From: Nibricoccus sp.
GTDB taxonomy: Bacteria; Verrucomicrobiota; Verrucomicrobiia; Opitutales; Opitutaceae
Length of the DNA: 64,000 nt
Reading direction: 5' to 3'
Assembly: GCA_047602425.1 (NCBI GenBank)
Contig: JASGHG010000001.1
Span: 5,094,925 to 5,158,924 of the forward strand
In this document: positions 49,361 to 58,144 of the stretch, piece after piece
Layout of the letters: every line of letters starts with the position of its first letter
How positions within the stretch are numbered: the first letter of the stretch is position 1
The notes under the pieces: model-generated
The model's input: only the letters and a program-made list of their open reading frames with translations
Databases searched by the model: none
Told to the model about the DNA's origin: nothing
Translations under genes and position numbers: made by a program

Positions 49361-49735
49361 TCAGCGTTCTCCATCTTTTCGCTCATCAGGCCACGCCTCG
49401 CCCATAACGCGGCCCATCCAGTCGTAGTAGAGCTGAGTGTCGAATGGCTCCACGGGCAACTCTCGACCATTCTTCGTGAGACGATAGCCGTCGATCATCA
49501 TACGATCATGGAGAAAGACCAACGAATCATGAATGCCGCCTTCTCTCGCATGCTCGACGAGTTTCGCGATCGCTTCTCTGTCTTTATCTTTCAGCCCGGC
49601 GCACAGGGAAGATAGCCGCTCAAATTCGGGCGTAGCGGGGAAAGCGCACTTTCTAACCCAACCAGCCATCACGCCAGCACGAACCTTCACCAGTCCATCA
49701 ATCAGCGATTTGTAATCTTCAAGAGGCGTAGGCAT
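49361..49735 (-). CDS. Cassette 5, hypothetical protein (DUF6547-like)
   Basis: YKSLIDGLV, GGIHDSL, YDWMGR...WP; family name from recall. Confidence 0.7.
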   Translation of the reverse strand: MPTPLEDYKSLIDGLVKVRAGVMAGWVRKCAFPATPEFERLSSLCAGLKDKDREAIAKLVEHAREGGIHDSLVFLHDRMMIDGYRLTKNGRELPVEPFDTQLYYDWMGRVMGEAWPDERKDGER

Positions 49736-49744
49736 ACAATTTTT

Positions 49745-49838
49745 GCCGAACGTTACAGGTCAGCCACGCCGTACCAGCGGGCAGGAATAAACAGAAACCG
49801 GATGATCATAGGCGTTGCGCTGTAGCGGCTGGTTCGGC
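49745..49838 (-). other. attC4
   Basis: GCCGAAC...GTTCGGC. Confidence 0.9.
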
Positions 49839-49841
49839 CAC

Positions 49842-50099
49842 TTAACTCGTGTATTTCATGTAACCTCGAAATATCCAAATGAATCCGACAACAAGCGGGC
49901 CCCAGAAAAAGAGCGCCGGGCCACCGTTTTCTGCAGCTGACTGAGTGGTGACTATTGTCACGATCCCACCGCACACCATTAGAACAGCTCCGCCAATCAT
50001 GTCGTTCCGCCCAGACCGCTTCTTTGCCTTTGCTTTTGCCAGAAGCGCTTCGTCTTCACTTACGCCTTCGTTTCTTATTTTGTCCATGTAATCAGCCAT
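49842..50099 (-). CDS. Cassette 4, small two-TM protein
   Basis: 85-aa ORF between attC sites. Confidence 0.75.
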   Translation of the reverse strand: MADYMDKIRNEGVSEDEALLAKAKAKKRSGRNDMIGGAVLMVCGGIVTIVTTQSAAENGGPALFFWGPLVVGFIWIFRGYMKYTS

Positions 50100-50128
50100 A
50101 GTAGTTCCTTAGTGAAAAATTATCTTTT

Positions 50129-50227
50129 GCCGAACGTCAAAGGTGAGCCACGACTATGGCCGGCGCGACAGCTGCCCCGCAGCTGGCGTGACGGACATAG
50201 ACGTTGCGCTCTAACGCCTGGTTAGCC
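50129..50227 (-). other. attC3
   Basis: GGCTAAC...GTTCGGC. Confidence 0.9.
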
Positions 50228-50529
50228 TCTGTATCCATTGGCTCTCGCAATTACGAAGACACTAGCTACATAAATGACCGAGCCGATCATTGCTGAAAGC
50301 ACTGCCCTACGCCCTTGCTTTGCCTTGTCCAGCGTCGCATACAACCCAGCATGCGAAGCCAAATATGCTGGCGCGGCACCATCAACGGATACACTACTGG
50401 ACCAGTATCCCAAGATCCACCGCCTTGACTCCTCGAGCCAGCGAGTGCGCTGAGAACAAACCATGCGCTCACCAAGCTAAGAAGCGCGCCGGTCAAAAAC
50501 GATGTGGTCCAGATAGCGAGAGCTTTCAT
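50222..50529 (-). pseudogene. Cassette 3, membrane protein, probable frameshift near 50375
   Basis: ORF 50287..50529 has the start and ORF 50222..50464 ends in the R'' box; joining gives one ~100-aa hydrophobic protein. Confidence 0.55.
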
Positions 50530-50531
50530 TT

Positions 50532-50630
50532 GGCTAACGTTAACGGTGAGCCATGACTATGGCCGGCATGACTCGTGCCTCGCACGAGGCATGACGGACA
50601 TAGGCATTGCGCTCTAGCAGCTGGTTCGGC
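50532..50630 (-). other. attC2
   Basis: GCCGAAC...GTTAGCC. Confidence 0.9.
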
Positions 50631-50634
50631 GTCT

Positions 50635-51009
50635 TCATGACCATATCTTCCACCATGGTTTCTTCGGTGCGCCAAAAATATGGCATGTCGCGATGCGCGC
50701 TTCGGGCGGCAAATCAGCGCTAGCGAAGGGCAAAATGTCCATGAAAGTGCCAGTAGGCAGAAGGAGCTTCATCTTACTAATGAGATCCTGCATTACTTCC
50801 GGAATTTCTTCTCTACCGCCTACGCCCACGACAAGCACTTGGCGCGCTTCGGCATCACCCTCGATATAAGTCTGCGGAACGTAAGCTTCAAAAATACCGG
50901 GGACCTGCGCGACGACCTGTCCAAGGGCGTCCATCTGTACCTCAGGCATCGGCTTCGATGGCGCACCAAAAAACATCTTAGCTCCGACGGGAAGTGTTCG
51001 CTCACTCAT
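50635..51009 (-). CDS. Cassette 2, SseB C-terminal-like protein
   Basis: Same protein as cassette 9. Confidence 0.7.
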   Translation of the reverse strand: MSERTLPVGAKMFFGAPSKPMPEVQMDALGQVVAQVPGIFEAYVPQTYIEGDAEARQVLVVGVGGREEIPEVMQDLISKMKLLLPTGTFMDILPFASADLPPEARIATCHIFGAPKKPWWKIWS

Positions 51010-51014
51010 ATTTT

Positions 51015-51118
51015 GCCGAACGATGAAGCTCAGACACCCCGCTGGCGACGTCCGAACACGATGGACTTCTCAGATTTCACTGCGCGTCACCGGGGTTGTC
51101 TGTAGCGCCTGGTTCGGC
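51015..51118 (-). other. attC1
   Basis: GCCGAAC...GTTCGGC. Confidence 0.9.
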
Positions 51119-51568
51119 TGCCTTCTTTTCCTCTTCCTCGGATAGCATGCGAAGATCATTCAGATAGAGGCGTCGCCTCAGTCCACCTATGCCGAGCTGC
51201 TCATGAAGGTAGGATTGCTTCACCAGGAGCGACCAAGACGTGCTGATCTGGGTTAGTGGATGTGCTTCCGGAAATGACTGATAGCTGAAGATGCGAAGAA
51301 GCTTCCCGTTCATATTCACTGGGTCGCTGATCTCGACAGTCGCAACAAAGTGCTTCCGCTTTGCCGCTTGGGGAGCAAACGACACCGTCTCCTCTCCTTC
51401 CCCATAGTCGCGCACGGTGACCTTCAGCAGCCAGTCGCGCTCGTCGCCGGCTGCAGGCGGAGGAAGACCGTCCGGCGAGGCGTGCGCCAATTGACCTGCG
51501 AAAGCTAGGGACACCACCCAAGCGACGAGCATCACCTGGGCGACGATTGACCGGACGGCTGATTTCAT
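51077..51568 (-). CDS. Cassette 1, exported hypothetical protein; stop inside attC1
   Basis: Signal peptide ending AHA; first ORF after attI. Confidence 0.8.
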   Translation of the reverse strand: MKSAVRSIVAQVMLVAWVVSLAFAGQLAHASPDGLPPPAAGDERDWLLKVTVRDYGEGEETVSFAPQAAKRKHFVATVEISDPVNMNGKLLRIFSYQSFPEAHPLTQISTSWSLLVKQSYLHEQLGIGGLRRRLYLNDLRMLSEEEEKKAAEPGATDNPGDAQ

Positions 51569-51577
51569 AGCTGTATT

Positions 51578-51604
51578 GCCGAACGTTGTGTAGTCGGAAA
51601 TGGT
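51578..51604 (-). other. attI site (crossover G|TT at 51584/51583)
   Basis: Minus strand tttccgactacacaac-GTTCGGC: an R box with no attC hairpin, ~95 bp from the intI start. Confidence 0.8.
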
Positions 51605-51679
51605 TAAGGAATTTTTGCCTTAAAGGCAGGAAAACCGGAAAATGGTGGACTTTTTGAGCAAGGGGTTTGTGTTGAGATC

Positions 51680-53074
51680 ATGAGCACGGAGGAAATCATT
51701 TTAAAACCCAAGGACGCGGTGCGGCGGTTGTTGACGGCGGCTGGCGTGAATGTTCCCGACAAGGAGGCTTATTGGCTGGGCTTCCATATGGAACGATTTG
51801 TGAATCATACGCGCAGGCATGGCGAGCTTTTAGACCTCCCGACCGCTTCGGAAAATTATTTGATTCACTTTCGAGGCAATGTCCCGGTTCCAGAAGCCTG
51901 GCAGATTACCCAAGTGAAACAGGCGTTGGAATTGTTTGCGAGGGGCACCGAGGGTTGGCGCTGGGTGGAAGCGAAAGAATCAGAATATGCCACTAATAAT
52001 GTGGCTGGTCCAAGTGGCTGGGTTTTGCGCTACCGCATTAAGGCCAGTGGTTCGAGCCGGGTGATCGCCGCGGGCGTGAGCGCGGTTTCTCCCGATGGAG
52101 CACCAGCGCAGTTGGCGGACTGGATGGACAGGCTGCAGCGGGCAGTTCGGGTGAGTCATTATTCGATCAGGACGGAGAGATCTTATTTGGAGCTGGTACG
52201 CCGGTTTTTGTTATATACGGGACCGGTTTCAGAGAAGGCCCTGGGAGACGTGCAGGTGAAACGATTTTTGGAGCATTTGGCTTTGGAGCGGTTGGTAGCG
52301 GCGAGCACCCAGAATCAGGCGTTTTCGGCAATTTTGTTTTTCTTCAAACGGGTGCTTGGGCGGGACCTGGGCGACATGAGCGGCACTTTGCGCGCCAAAC
52401 GCGGGCGGCAACTGCCGGTGGTTTTAGCGAAGGAAGAGGTCGGGCGTCTGCTGGCGATGTCCGAGGGCACCACCGGTCTGATGTTGCGGCTCATTTATGG
52501 CACGGGGTTGCGCTTGATGGAGTGCATCCGTCTGCGGGTTAAGGAAATCGATTTCAAGCGACGCATGCTGCTGGTCCGTGCCGGCAAGGGCAACAAGGAC
52601 CGCATGGTGATGTTGCCCGAGGCTTTGGCGGAAATTTTGCAGCAGCATTTTGAACGGTTGCGGATTTTATGGGAGCAGGACAGGGCCGCTAATGTCGCAG
52701 GTGTGTGGCTACCCGGCGCTCTGGAATCGAAGTATCCCAACGCAGGAAAAGAGTTTGGCTGGCAATGGGTTTTTCCGGCCCGAGATTTGTCGGTGGATCC
52801 TCGTTCGGGCCTTATTCGCCGGCACCACGTGCACGACAATACCCTGCACAAAGCGGTGAAAATCGCAGCGCAGCGGGCGGGGATAGTGGCAGCGGTCAGC
52901 GTGCATACGCTAAGGCATTCGTTTGCGACGCATCTGCTGGAAGCAGGTACGGACATTCGTACGGTACAGGAGTTGCTCGGACACTCTCACGTGGAAACGA
53001 CACAGATCTATACGCATGTGATGCAGAAGCCGGGGCTGGGAGTGAAGAGCCCGCTGGATGCGTTGGTTGGTTAA
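51680..53074 (+). CDS. intI: Integron integrase with N-terminal extension
   Basis: YGTGLR, GKGNKDR, IntI-specific KYPNAGKEFGWQWVFPA...RRHH, HTLRHSFATH, LGH, TQIYTHV. Confidence 0.97.
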   Translation: MSTEEIILKPKDAVRRLLTAAGVNVPDKEAYWLGFHMERFVNHTRRHGELLDLPTASENYLIHFRGNVPVPEAWQITQVKQALELFARGTEGWRWVEAKESEYATNNVAGPSGWVLRYRIKASGSSRVIAAGVSAVSPDGAPAQLADWMDRLQRAVRVSHYSIRTERSYLELVRRFLLYTGPVSEKALGDVQVKRFLEHLALERLVAASTQNQAFSAILFFFKRVLGRDLGDMSGTLRAKRGRQLPVVLAKEEVGRLLAMSEGTTGLMLRLIYGTGLRLMECIRLRVKEIDFKRRMLLVRAGKGNKDRMVMLPEALAEILQQHFERLRILWEQDRAANVAGVWLPGALESKYPNAGKEFGWQWVFPARDLSVDPRSGLIRRHHVHDNTLHKAVKIAAQRAGIVAAVSVHTLRHSFATHLLEAGTDIRTVQELLGHSHVETTQIYTHVMQKPGLGVKSPLDALVG

Positions 53075-53491
53075 TGGCGGAGGCGCGAGCGCCAGAGCGG
53101 TTCGACCGGGATGCCTCGGCCTGCTTTGTGGTGAAGGCTTCGCCCGGTCGCTTCGGGAAACGAAGGCGACACGGTGAGCAGGCGGAGTTGATGCGGCATG
53201 GCGCGGCTAAGGCAGGGCGAATGGCAGCAACGCGCGGTGATCGGGCGCGCGCAGAATTTCGCGGCGGGGTTTTACCTCGACAAAACAGCTGGAAAAATTG
53301 TCCTCCATCAGGGTCGCTAAAGGCATACTTGGGTGTGGCGGTTGGGCAAGGCAAATGCAGGGCCGTGTGGAGAATTTAGCTTGCACAAGTCGGGGCGGTT
53401 CCGGAGATGAGGTACGGATCTACATCGGGCTCCGCAGGATGAGAAACCGGCGCTTCCGGGTGTCTCCTACCCTCCAACCAAACGACGATCC

Positions 53492-54535
53492 TCAGACTAG
53501 TTTGCCCAAGATGGCTTTTGCCGAATCGGCCCATACCGGCAAAGGCCGGGTCCTTGCCTGGCTGGCGAGGTCGCGATAAAACGGCTCGTCGGTGAAAAGT
53601 TTGCGCAGGGCTGCAGACCATTGTTGAGCGTCGTTCATACGCACCGGGAGGCAACCTCCCCCGCCTGTGTTTTCCAGCAAAACGGGCAGGTCGCTGCACA
53701 CACAGGGCACACCTTGCCACAACGCTTCCAGGAGCGGCAGGCCGCAACCTTCGGCGATGGTGGGAAAAACGTTGGCGCGCACGGTCGCGTAGAGGCGCGC
53801 CATCGTGGCGTCGTCTGCCGCTTCGTGGAAATGCAAACAACGCCATTTCTTCTGCATCGTTTTTATCCTATCGACGAACGGCCGGCCAAAATGCGGATTC
53901 ACGCGGCCGACAATGTGCAGATCGAAAACCAGGTTCTCGGACCAAAGCCGTTCGCAGACGTCGAGGAGAAATAGCTGGTTCTTGCGCGGCTCAAGAATGC
54001 CCACGCAGAGCAGGCCGGAACGGTTCGGCTCGACCTCACCCGTCACACGAGGCTGGCCGGAGAAATCGGAACCCAACGGAATCGTCGTGACCGTCGCGCG
54101 CGGCTCAACTCCCTGCCACCGCCAAAACTCCACCAGCTCGGTCTTGCTCGCCTCCGAATCAGCCAGGACGTGATCGAACTCGGCGAGCATTTTCATGTAT
54201 TCCGGCTGCCGGGCGACGCTCTGCGGCCAGGTCTGGTGCGGCATTTTCAGCGGAATAGCGTCATGAAAAATTGCGGCCAGTTTGCAGCGGCGCTCACGGA
54301 TGAATTTCCACATTCCGGGGCATTCCGCTTCGCTGAACAATTCGGCCGTGAACCACCAGTCATCCGGTTGCGGGCGAAAATCGGCCGCCGCCACCGCGGG
54401 TCCGACGCCCGGCGTGATGAGCGACACCTGACGCACCGCGTCGCCGAATTCCTGCGCGAGGCGGTTACTAACGCGCGTGAGGCCGGAGCGCTGCTTCGCG
54501 TTTTTGGTGCGACTGAGATCGAAGTGGATCGTCAT
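53492..54535 (-). CDS. Glycosyltransferase family 4 (paralogue of 33430..34626)
   Basis: AIFHDAIPL, VGILEPRKN, EGCGLPLLEA. Confidence 0.9.
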   Translation of the reverse strand: MTIHFDLSRTKNAKQRSGLTRVSNRLAQEFGDAVRQVSLITPGVGPAVAAADFRPQPDDWWFTAELFSEAECPGMWKFIRERRCKLAAIFHDAIPLKMPHQTWPQSVARQPEYMKMLAEFDHVLADSEASKTELVEFWRWQGVEPRATVTTIPLGSDFSGQPRVTGEVEPNRSGLLCVGILEPRKNQLFLLDVCERLWSENLVFDLHIVGRVNPHFGRPFVDRIKTMQKKWRCLHFHEAADDATMARLYATVRANVFPTIAEGCGLPLLEALWQGVPCVCSDLPVLLENTGGGGCLPVRMNDAQQWSAALRKLFTDEPFYRDLASQARTRPLPVWADSAKAILGKLV

Positions 54536-54584
54536 AACGACAGGGAGATATCCCCAATTTTCGATTCTGAATCAAGAAAGGGTA

Positions 54585-54721
54585 AACCGCTAATTTGCGC
54601 TAATTGTCGCTAAGGGGCGGAATTGCAGCGAGGAACACAAGGAAATGCCTCTCGGCTCGCAGGCGGCAGGTTTTGTTTTTGGGAATTTCAAATTAGCGGA
54701 TATTAGCGAAAATTAGCGGTT
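54585..54721. repeat. 137-bp element with 29-bp inverted arms built of 10-bp-periodic CGCTAA
   Basis: 54585-54613 vs reverse complement of 54693-54721: 25/29 identical. Confidence 0.7.
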
Positions 54722-55947
54722 CCAACTACGGTCTTGATTTCCGCAGCGGCCTCCTGAAACAGCGCGTGCAGGCGCGCGGCGTTTTTGTGTGCGTCGAAAT
54801 TCTCCTCCACCCAGGCGCGGGCATTCGCCTGTAGTCGTTCGGCCAATACGTCGTCGGTTGCGAGTCGCCGCAGCGCGGTTTCCCACGCTGCTCCATCGGT
54901 GACTTCCGCAACAAGTCCGGTCAACTCGTGGGAAATCGCCTCGGTGGTGGCCGCGGCCGGCGATGTCACCACCATTGTGCCCGCCGCCATCGCCTCGGGG
55001 ATGACGTTTGGCAGACCGTCGCGGTCGCCGCTCGGCGCAATCACGCCCGTATGCACCAAAACATCGGCCCAGGCCAGTTGATCCCAGACCTCGCCAAGCG
55101 AAAGGTGGCCAGTCAGCATAACCCACTCGCCAAGGCCAAATTCGGCGATCATCTTTTCGAGCTGCGGACGCAACGGGCCGTCACCGACAATGCGGGCCTG
55201 AAAGGCGAAACCGCTTCGCTTCAGCCGGGCGTAAATTTTCAACTGGTGATCGAGCCCTTTCTTTTCCACCAACCGCGCCACACAGACAATCAGCAGCGGC
55301 ATGCGGTCGGGACGCAGTTCCTTACGCTTTGGAAAACGATCCAGACCGCGGCGGATGACATGAACCTTTTCGCCATCGATCCCACGCTCGACCAGCGAAG
55401 CGCGCGCCATCGAAGTTGAAGTGTGCACAAAGCGGGCATCGGCCAGTTTTTCGTTCAGCCACCAGTCACCGCCATGCTCGTAGATGTCGTAGGCATGGGC
55501 GGCCGCGCTGTAGCGATGGCCGTTAACACGAGCCAGGCACCAAGCGGCGGTGGCAGGCGCGCCACCCCAGGCGGCGTGAATCAGATCGGGCGGATTCTGG
55601 CGAAAGGTTCGGTAGTGCAGCGCGGCGAAACCGGCGCCGAGCATGTTCTCCCAAAAGTTTAGCCACGACGGCGCCTTTCGGGTGAAGAGGCCGCGCAAGA
55701 GCACGCTAAAGATATTCCAGTGCGCCGCGGCGACCCAAGGAATAACCCAGAATAATTCGAGCAGCCGCCATTTGTTGAATGTCGTCACTGGCAAACCCTG
55801 AAACTCCGGGCCTCCGCCCCACAGCGAATAAATTCGCAGGTTCGGCCCCTGCCCTTTCATGCCGGCGATTTCGCGTTGCAGAAAAGTCTCCGTCGACTTG
55901 GGGAAAGTCGTGAAAAGGTAGGCAATGGTTATGGGACGCTGTTTCAT
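54703..55947 (-). CDS. Glycosyltransferase family 4 (WcaL-like)
   Basis: FPKSTETF, AHAYDIY, ARLVEKKG, DRDGLPNVIPEAMA. Confidence 0.9.
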   Translation of the reverse strand: MKQRPITIAYLFTTFPKSTETFLQREIAGMKGQGPNLRIYSLWGGGPEFQGLPVTTFNKWRLLELFWVIPWVAAAHWNIFSVLLRGLFTRKAPSWLNFWENMLGAGFAALHYRTFRQNPPDLIHAAWGGAPATAAWCLARVNGHRYSAAAHAYDIYEHGGDWWLNEKLADARFVHTSTSMARASLVERGIDGEKVHVIRRGLDRFPKRKELRPDRMPLLIVCVARLVEKKGLDHQLKIYARLKRSGFAFQARIVGDGPLRPQLEKMIAEFGLGEWVMLTGHLSLGEVWDQLAWADVLVHTGVIAPSGDRDGLPNVIPEAMAAGTMVVTSPAAATTEAISHELTGLVAEVTDGAAWETALRRLATDDVLAERLQANARAWVEENFDAHKNAARLHALFQEAAAEIKTVVGTANFR

Positions 55948-55990
55948 ACCAAGCTGCATTCCAACGTGGAATAACACCGACGTTCGGTAG

Positions 55991-56074
55991 GTAGGGACGG
56001 ACCGCCGGGCCGTCCGGTTTTGCTCGAATCAAGTGCGGGGGACGATAGCGGACGACCCGGTGGGTCGTCCCTAC
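55991..56074. repeat. Inverted pair of GTAG-family REP sequences (REPIN-like)
   Basis: GTAGGGACGGACCGCCGGGCCGTCCG at 55991-56016 and inverted GTAGGGACGACCCACCGGGTCGTCCG at 56049-56074. Confidence 0.75.
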
Positions 56075-56113
56075 CCCTGGCACTTTTGCACCGTCGAGTT
56101 GGCATTGGCTTCA

Positions 56114-57313
56114 TCAGACCGGTGGGAATGGGAGCCGCTGCGGACGGGAACCGTTGTCGCCCCGCGCCAGGTTGACCAATTCCTCGATCACCAGGGTCGG
56201 ATCCTCCTCGTAGCGGAGCGTGAGGAAAAGACGGCGATAGTCGCGATACGCCGTCGGCTCGCTCATCCACTCGTTGAGCAAGCGGGCGAAGTTCGCCGCG
56301 TTCTCGACTTTTTCCGAACGGGCGCCGTTGCGGAAAAATTTCCAGGTGAGCGATTCCTGCGGCATGATTCCGCCAAAGGCATTGAAGACGATCGGACAGC
56401 GGAAATGCAGGGCCTTGGCACACGTGGTGGTGCCGCCGCGCGTGACGACGGCATCGCTGCATTGAAGGAGCAGATGGACGTTGTCGGAGTAACCTTCGAT
56501 GTAGCAATTAAACTCGGGATGCAGCGCGCGCCAGTGGAGCAGCTGGTGATAAACTTCCTTGTTGCGTCCGCAGATCACGATGGCCTGACAACGCGCGGCG
56601 TGAGGCAACAACGCGGGCAACAGTTCGAAGTGGTTGTTCGCGCCATTGCTGCCGGTCGCCAGAAATACGGTGAACAAGTCGCTCTTGAGTCCGAGTTTCT
56701 CGGTGAGGTATTGCGCGCGTTTGCCGTTGCTCAAAACCTCCAAATGGGAGCGCGGGTGCATCAAATGGCCGCGCACGATGATCTGCTCCGGACGCAGTCC
56801 TTTTTTAATCGCGAAATCGCGCGCGGTCGGCGTGCGGGCAATGTAGAGATCGACGGTTGGCTCTATCCAATTGATGCTGTAACCCCAACCGCCTGCGAAC
56901 TCCCCGCAATACGTCGCGCAACGCACCTTGTCGGCACCGAGGATTTTTCGAGCGAGCTGGAAATAGCCGCGGTTCAGGCAATCGTGCACGCTGAAAACCA
57001 GGTGCGGGCGGTATTCCTGCAGGACCTTGACGTAGTACTTGCGGCCGAATTTCACGCTCCGGCGGTTGAGCACGCTCAGGAGCTCGATAATGGCGTAGTA
57101 GCCCGTGTGTAGAATCGGGAGCCGGCGCTGGATCCAATTGTAGAGATTGACGCCGGTTCGGTTAACAGTGGACGATTTCTCCAGCATGTGCTCAATGCGA
57201 ACGTCGACCGCATGCCGATACAGCTGAAAGCACCATTCGGCAAAAGCTTCGGCCCGGGCGTCGTGTCCGCCACCGGTGCTGGAAGTAAGTACGAGGATGC
57301 GAATTTTGGACAT
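56114..57313 (-). CDS. MGDG synthase/UgtP-like glycolipid glycosyltransferase (GT28)
   Basis: STGGGH, VICGRN, VVTRGGTTT, MPQE. Confidence 0.85.
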   Translation of the reverse strand: MSKIRILVLTSSTGGGHDARAEAFAEWCFQLYRHAVDVRIEHMLEKSSTVNRTGVNLYNWIQRRLPILHTGYYAIIELLSVLNRRSVKFGRKYYVKVLQEYRPHLVFSVHDCLNRGYFQLARKILGADKVRCATYCGEFAGGWGYSINWIEPTVDLYIARTPTARDFAIKKGLRPEQIIVRGHLMHPRSHLEVLSNGKRAQYLTEKLGLKSDLFTVFLATGSNGANNHFELLPALLPHAARCQAIVICGRNKEVYHQLLHWRALHPEFNCYIEGYSDNVHLLLQCSDAVVTRGGTTTCAKALHFRCPIVFNAFGGIMPQESLTWKFFRNGARSEKVENAANFARLLNEWMSEPTAYRDYRRLFLTLRYEEDPTLVIEELVNLARGDNGSRPQRLPFPPV

Positions 57314-57316
57314 TTG

Positions 57317-58141
57317 TCAGCTGAAGTAGACAGACGTAAACCGACGACGGATTGTTGCAGGGATAAAGCGAACGAAGAACGGCGCGAGCCCGGCCTGAAA
57401 AAAAGAACCGCAGCGCACCGTGCCCGAACAACGACGCAGAAGCGCGCGACGCAAGGCGGCGGCCGCGGCCGCTGGCGCTGGCGCTTGGTTTAAGTTCTTT
57501 TCGAGCGCGGCCCACGCGCCGGCCAAACGCGCATCGCCCGTCGCAGCCGCGACAGCCGGGCGCATGGATTGGTTAAAGCCCGTGCGGAAATCGCCGGGAC
57601 GAAAATCGATCACGACCACGCCGGTGCCCCGGGTTTCCTGGATCAAGCTCTCGGAAAGCGCGGAAAGTCCGGCCTTGGCGATGTTATAGCCGCTCATGAA
57701 CGGCAGCGGGAAATCGGTCGCGAGAGAAGCGACGTTCACGAGGCAGCCGCTTTTGGCCGCCAGCATGCCGCGCAAGGCCGCGTGCGAAAGCCGTGCGGTC
57801 GTGCTCAGCAGAGCATCGAGCTGTTTTTGCCACGTAGAAAAATCCTCGACGGCAAAGGGGGCGAACACGCCGTAACCGGCGTTGTTGACGACCAAGTCGA
57901 AACCGCCAGCTGTGCGCGCAGCCGAGTCGAAAGCGGAAATTGCATCCTCGGGTTTTTCCAAGTCGAGCACGACCGGGTTGAACGCCGGGTTGCCGGTCAG
58001 TGGCGCCAACCGCGCGGCGTCTCGCGACGTGCCCCAGACGCGCACGCCTTCGGTCAACAGCATTTCCACAAAGGCCCGACCGAGGCCGGTTGAGGCTCCC
58101 GTGACAAAAGCCGTGCGATAGTATTGGGAAAGTTGCGCCAC
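57317..58141 (-). CDS. SDR oxidoreductase
   Basis: TGASTGLG, NNAG, YNIAK. Confidence 0.9.
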   Translation of the reverse strand: MAQLSQYYRTAFVTGASTGLGRAFVEMLLTEGVRVWGTSRDAARLAPLTGNPAFNPVVLDLEKPEDAISAFDSAARTAGGFDLVVNNAGYGVFAPFAVEDFSTWQKQLDALLSTTARLSHAALRGMLAAKSGCLVNVASLATDFPLPFMSGYNIAKAGLSALSESLIQETRGTGVVVIDFRPGDFRTGFNQSMRPAVAAATGDARLAGAWAALEKNLNQAPAPAAAAAALRRALLRRCSGTVRCGSFFQAGLAPFFVRFIPATIRRRFTSVYFS

Positions 58142-58144
58142 GTG

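Larger units (their letters stand above)
36054..53074. mobile_element. Integron: intI, attI and a 19-cassette array (cassettes on minus strand)
   Basis: IntI-specific motif, divergent attI, 17 complete attC (3 IS-interrupted), one attC lost and one half site. Confidence 0.95.

Noticed and set aside
36054..51118. Regular repeats as a CRISPR array
   Set aside because: Repeats are 87-104 bp imperfect hairpins with RYYYAAC/GTTRRRY-type ends separated by whole ORFs, next to intI: these are attC sites. No cas genes.
38475..51568. Antibiotic-resistance or toxin-antitoxin cassettes
   Set aside because: No cassette shows a motif I can assign to these families; profile searches would be needed to exclude them.
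51585..51680. LexA box or cassette promoter Pc near intI
   Set aside because: No CTGT-N8-ACAG or TGTTC-N4-GAACA, and no convincing minus-strand -35/-10 pair by eye.
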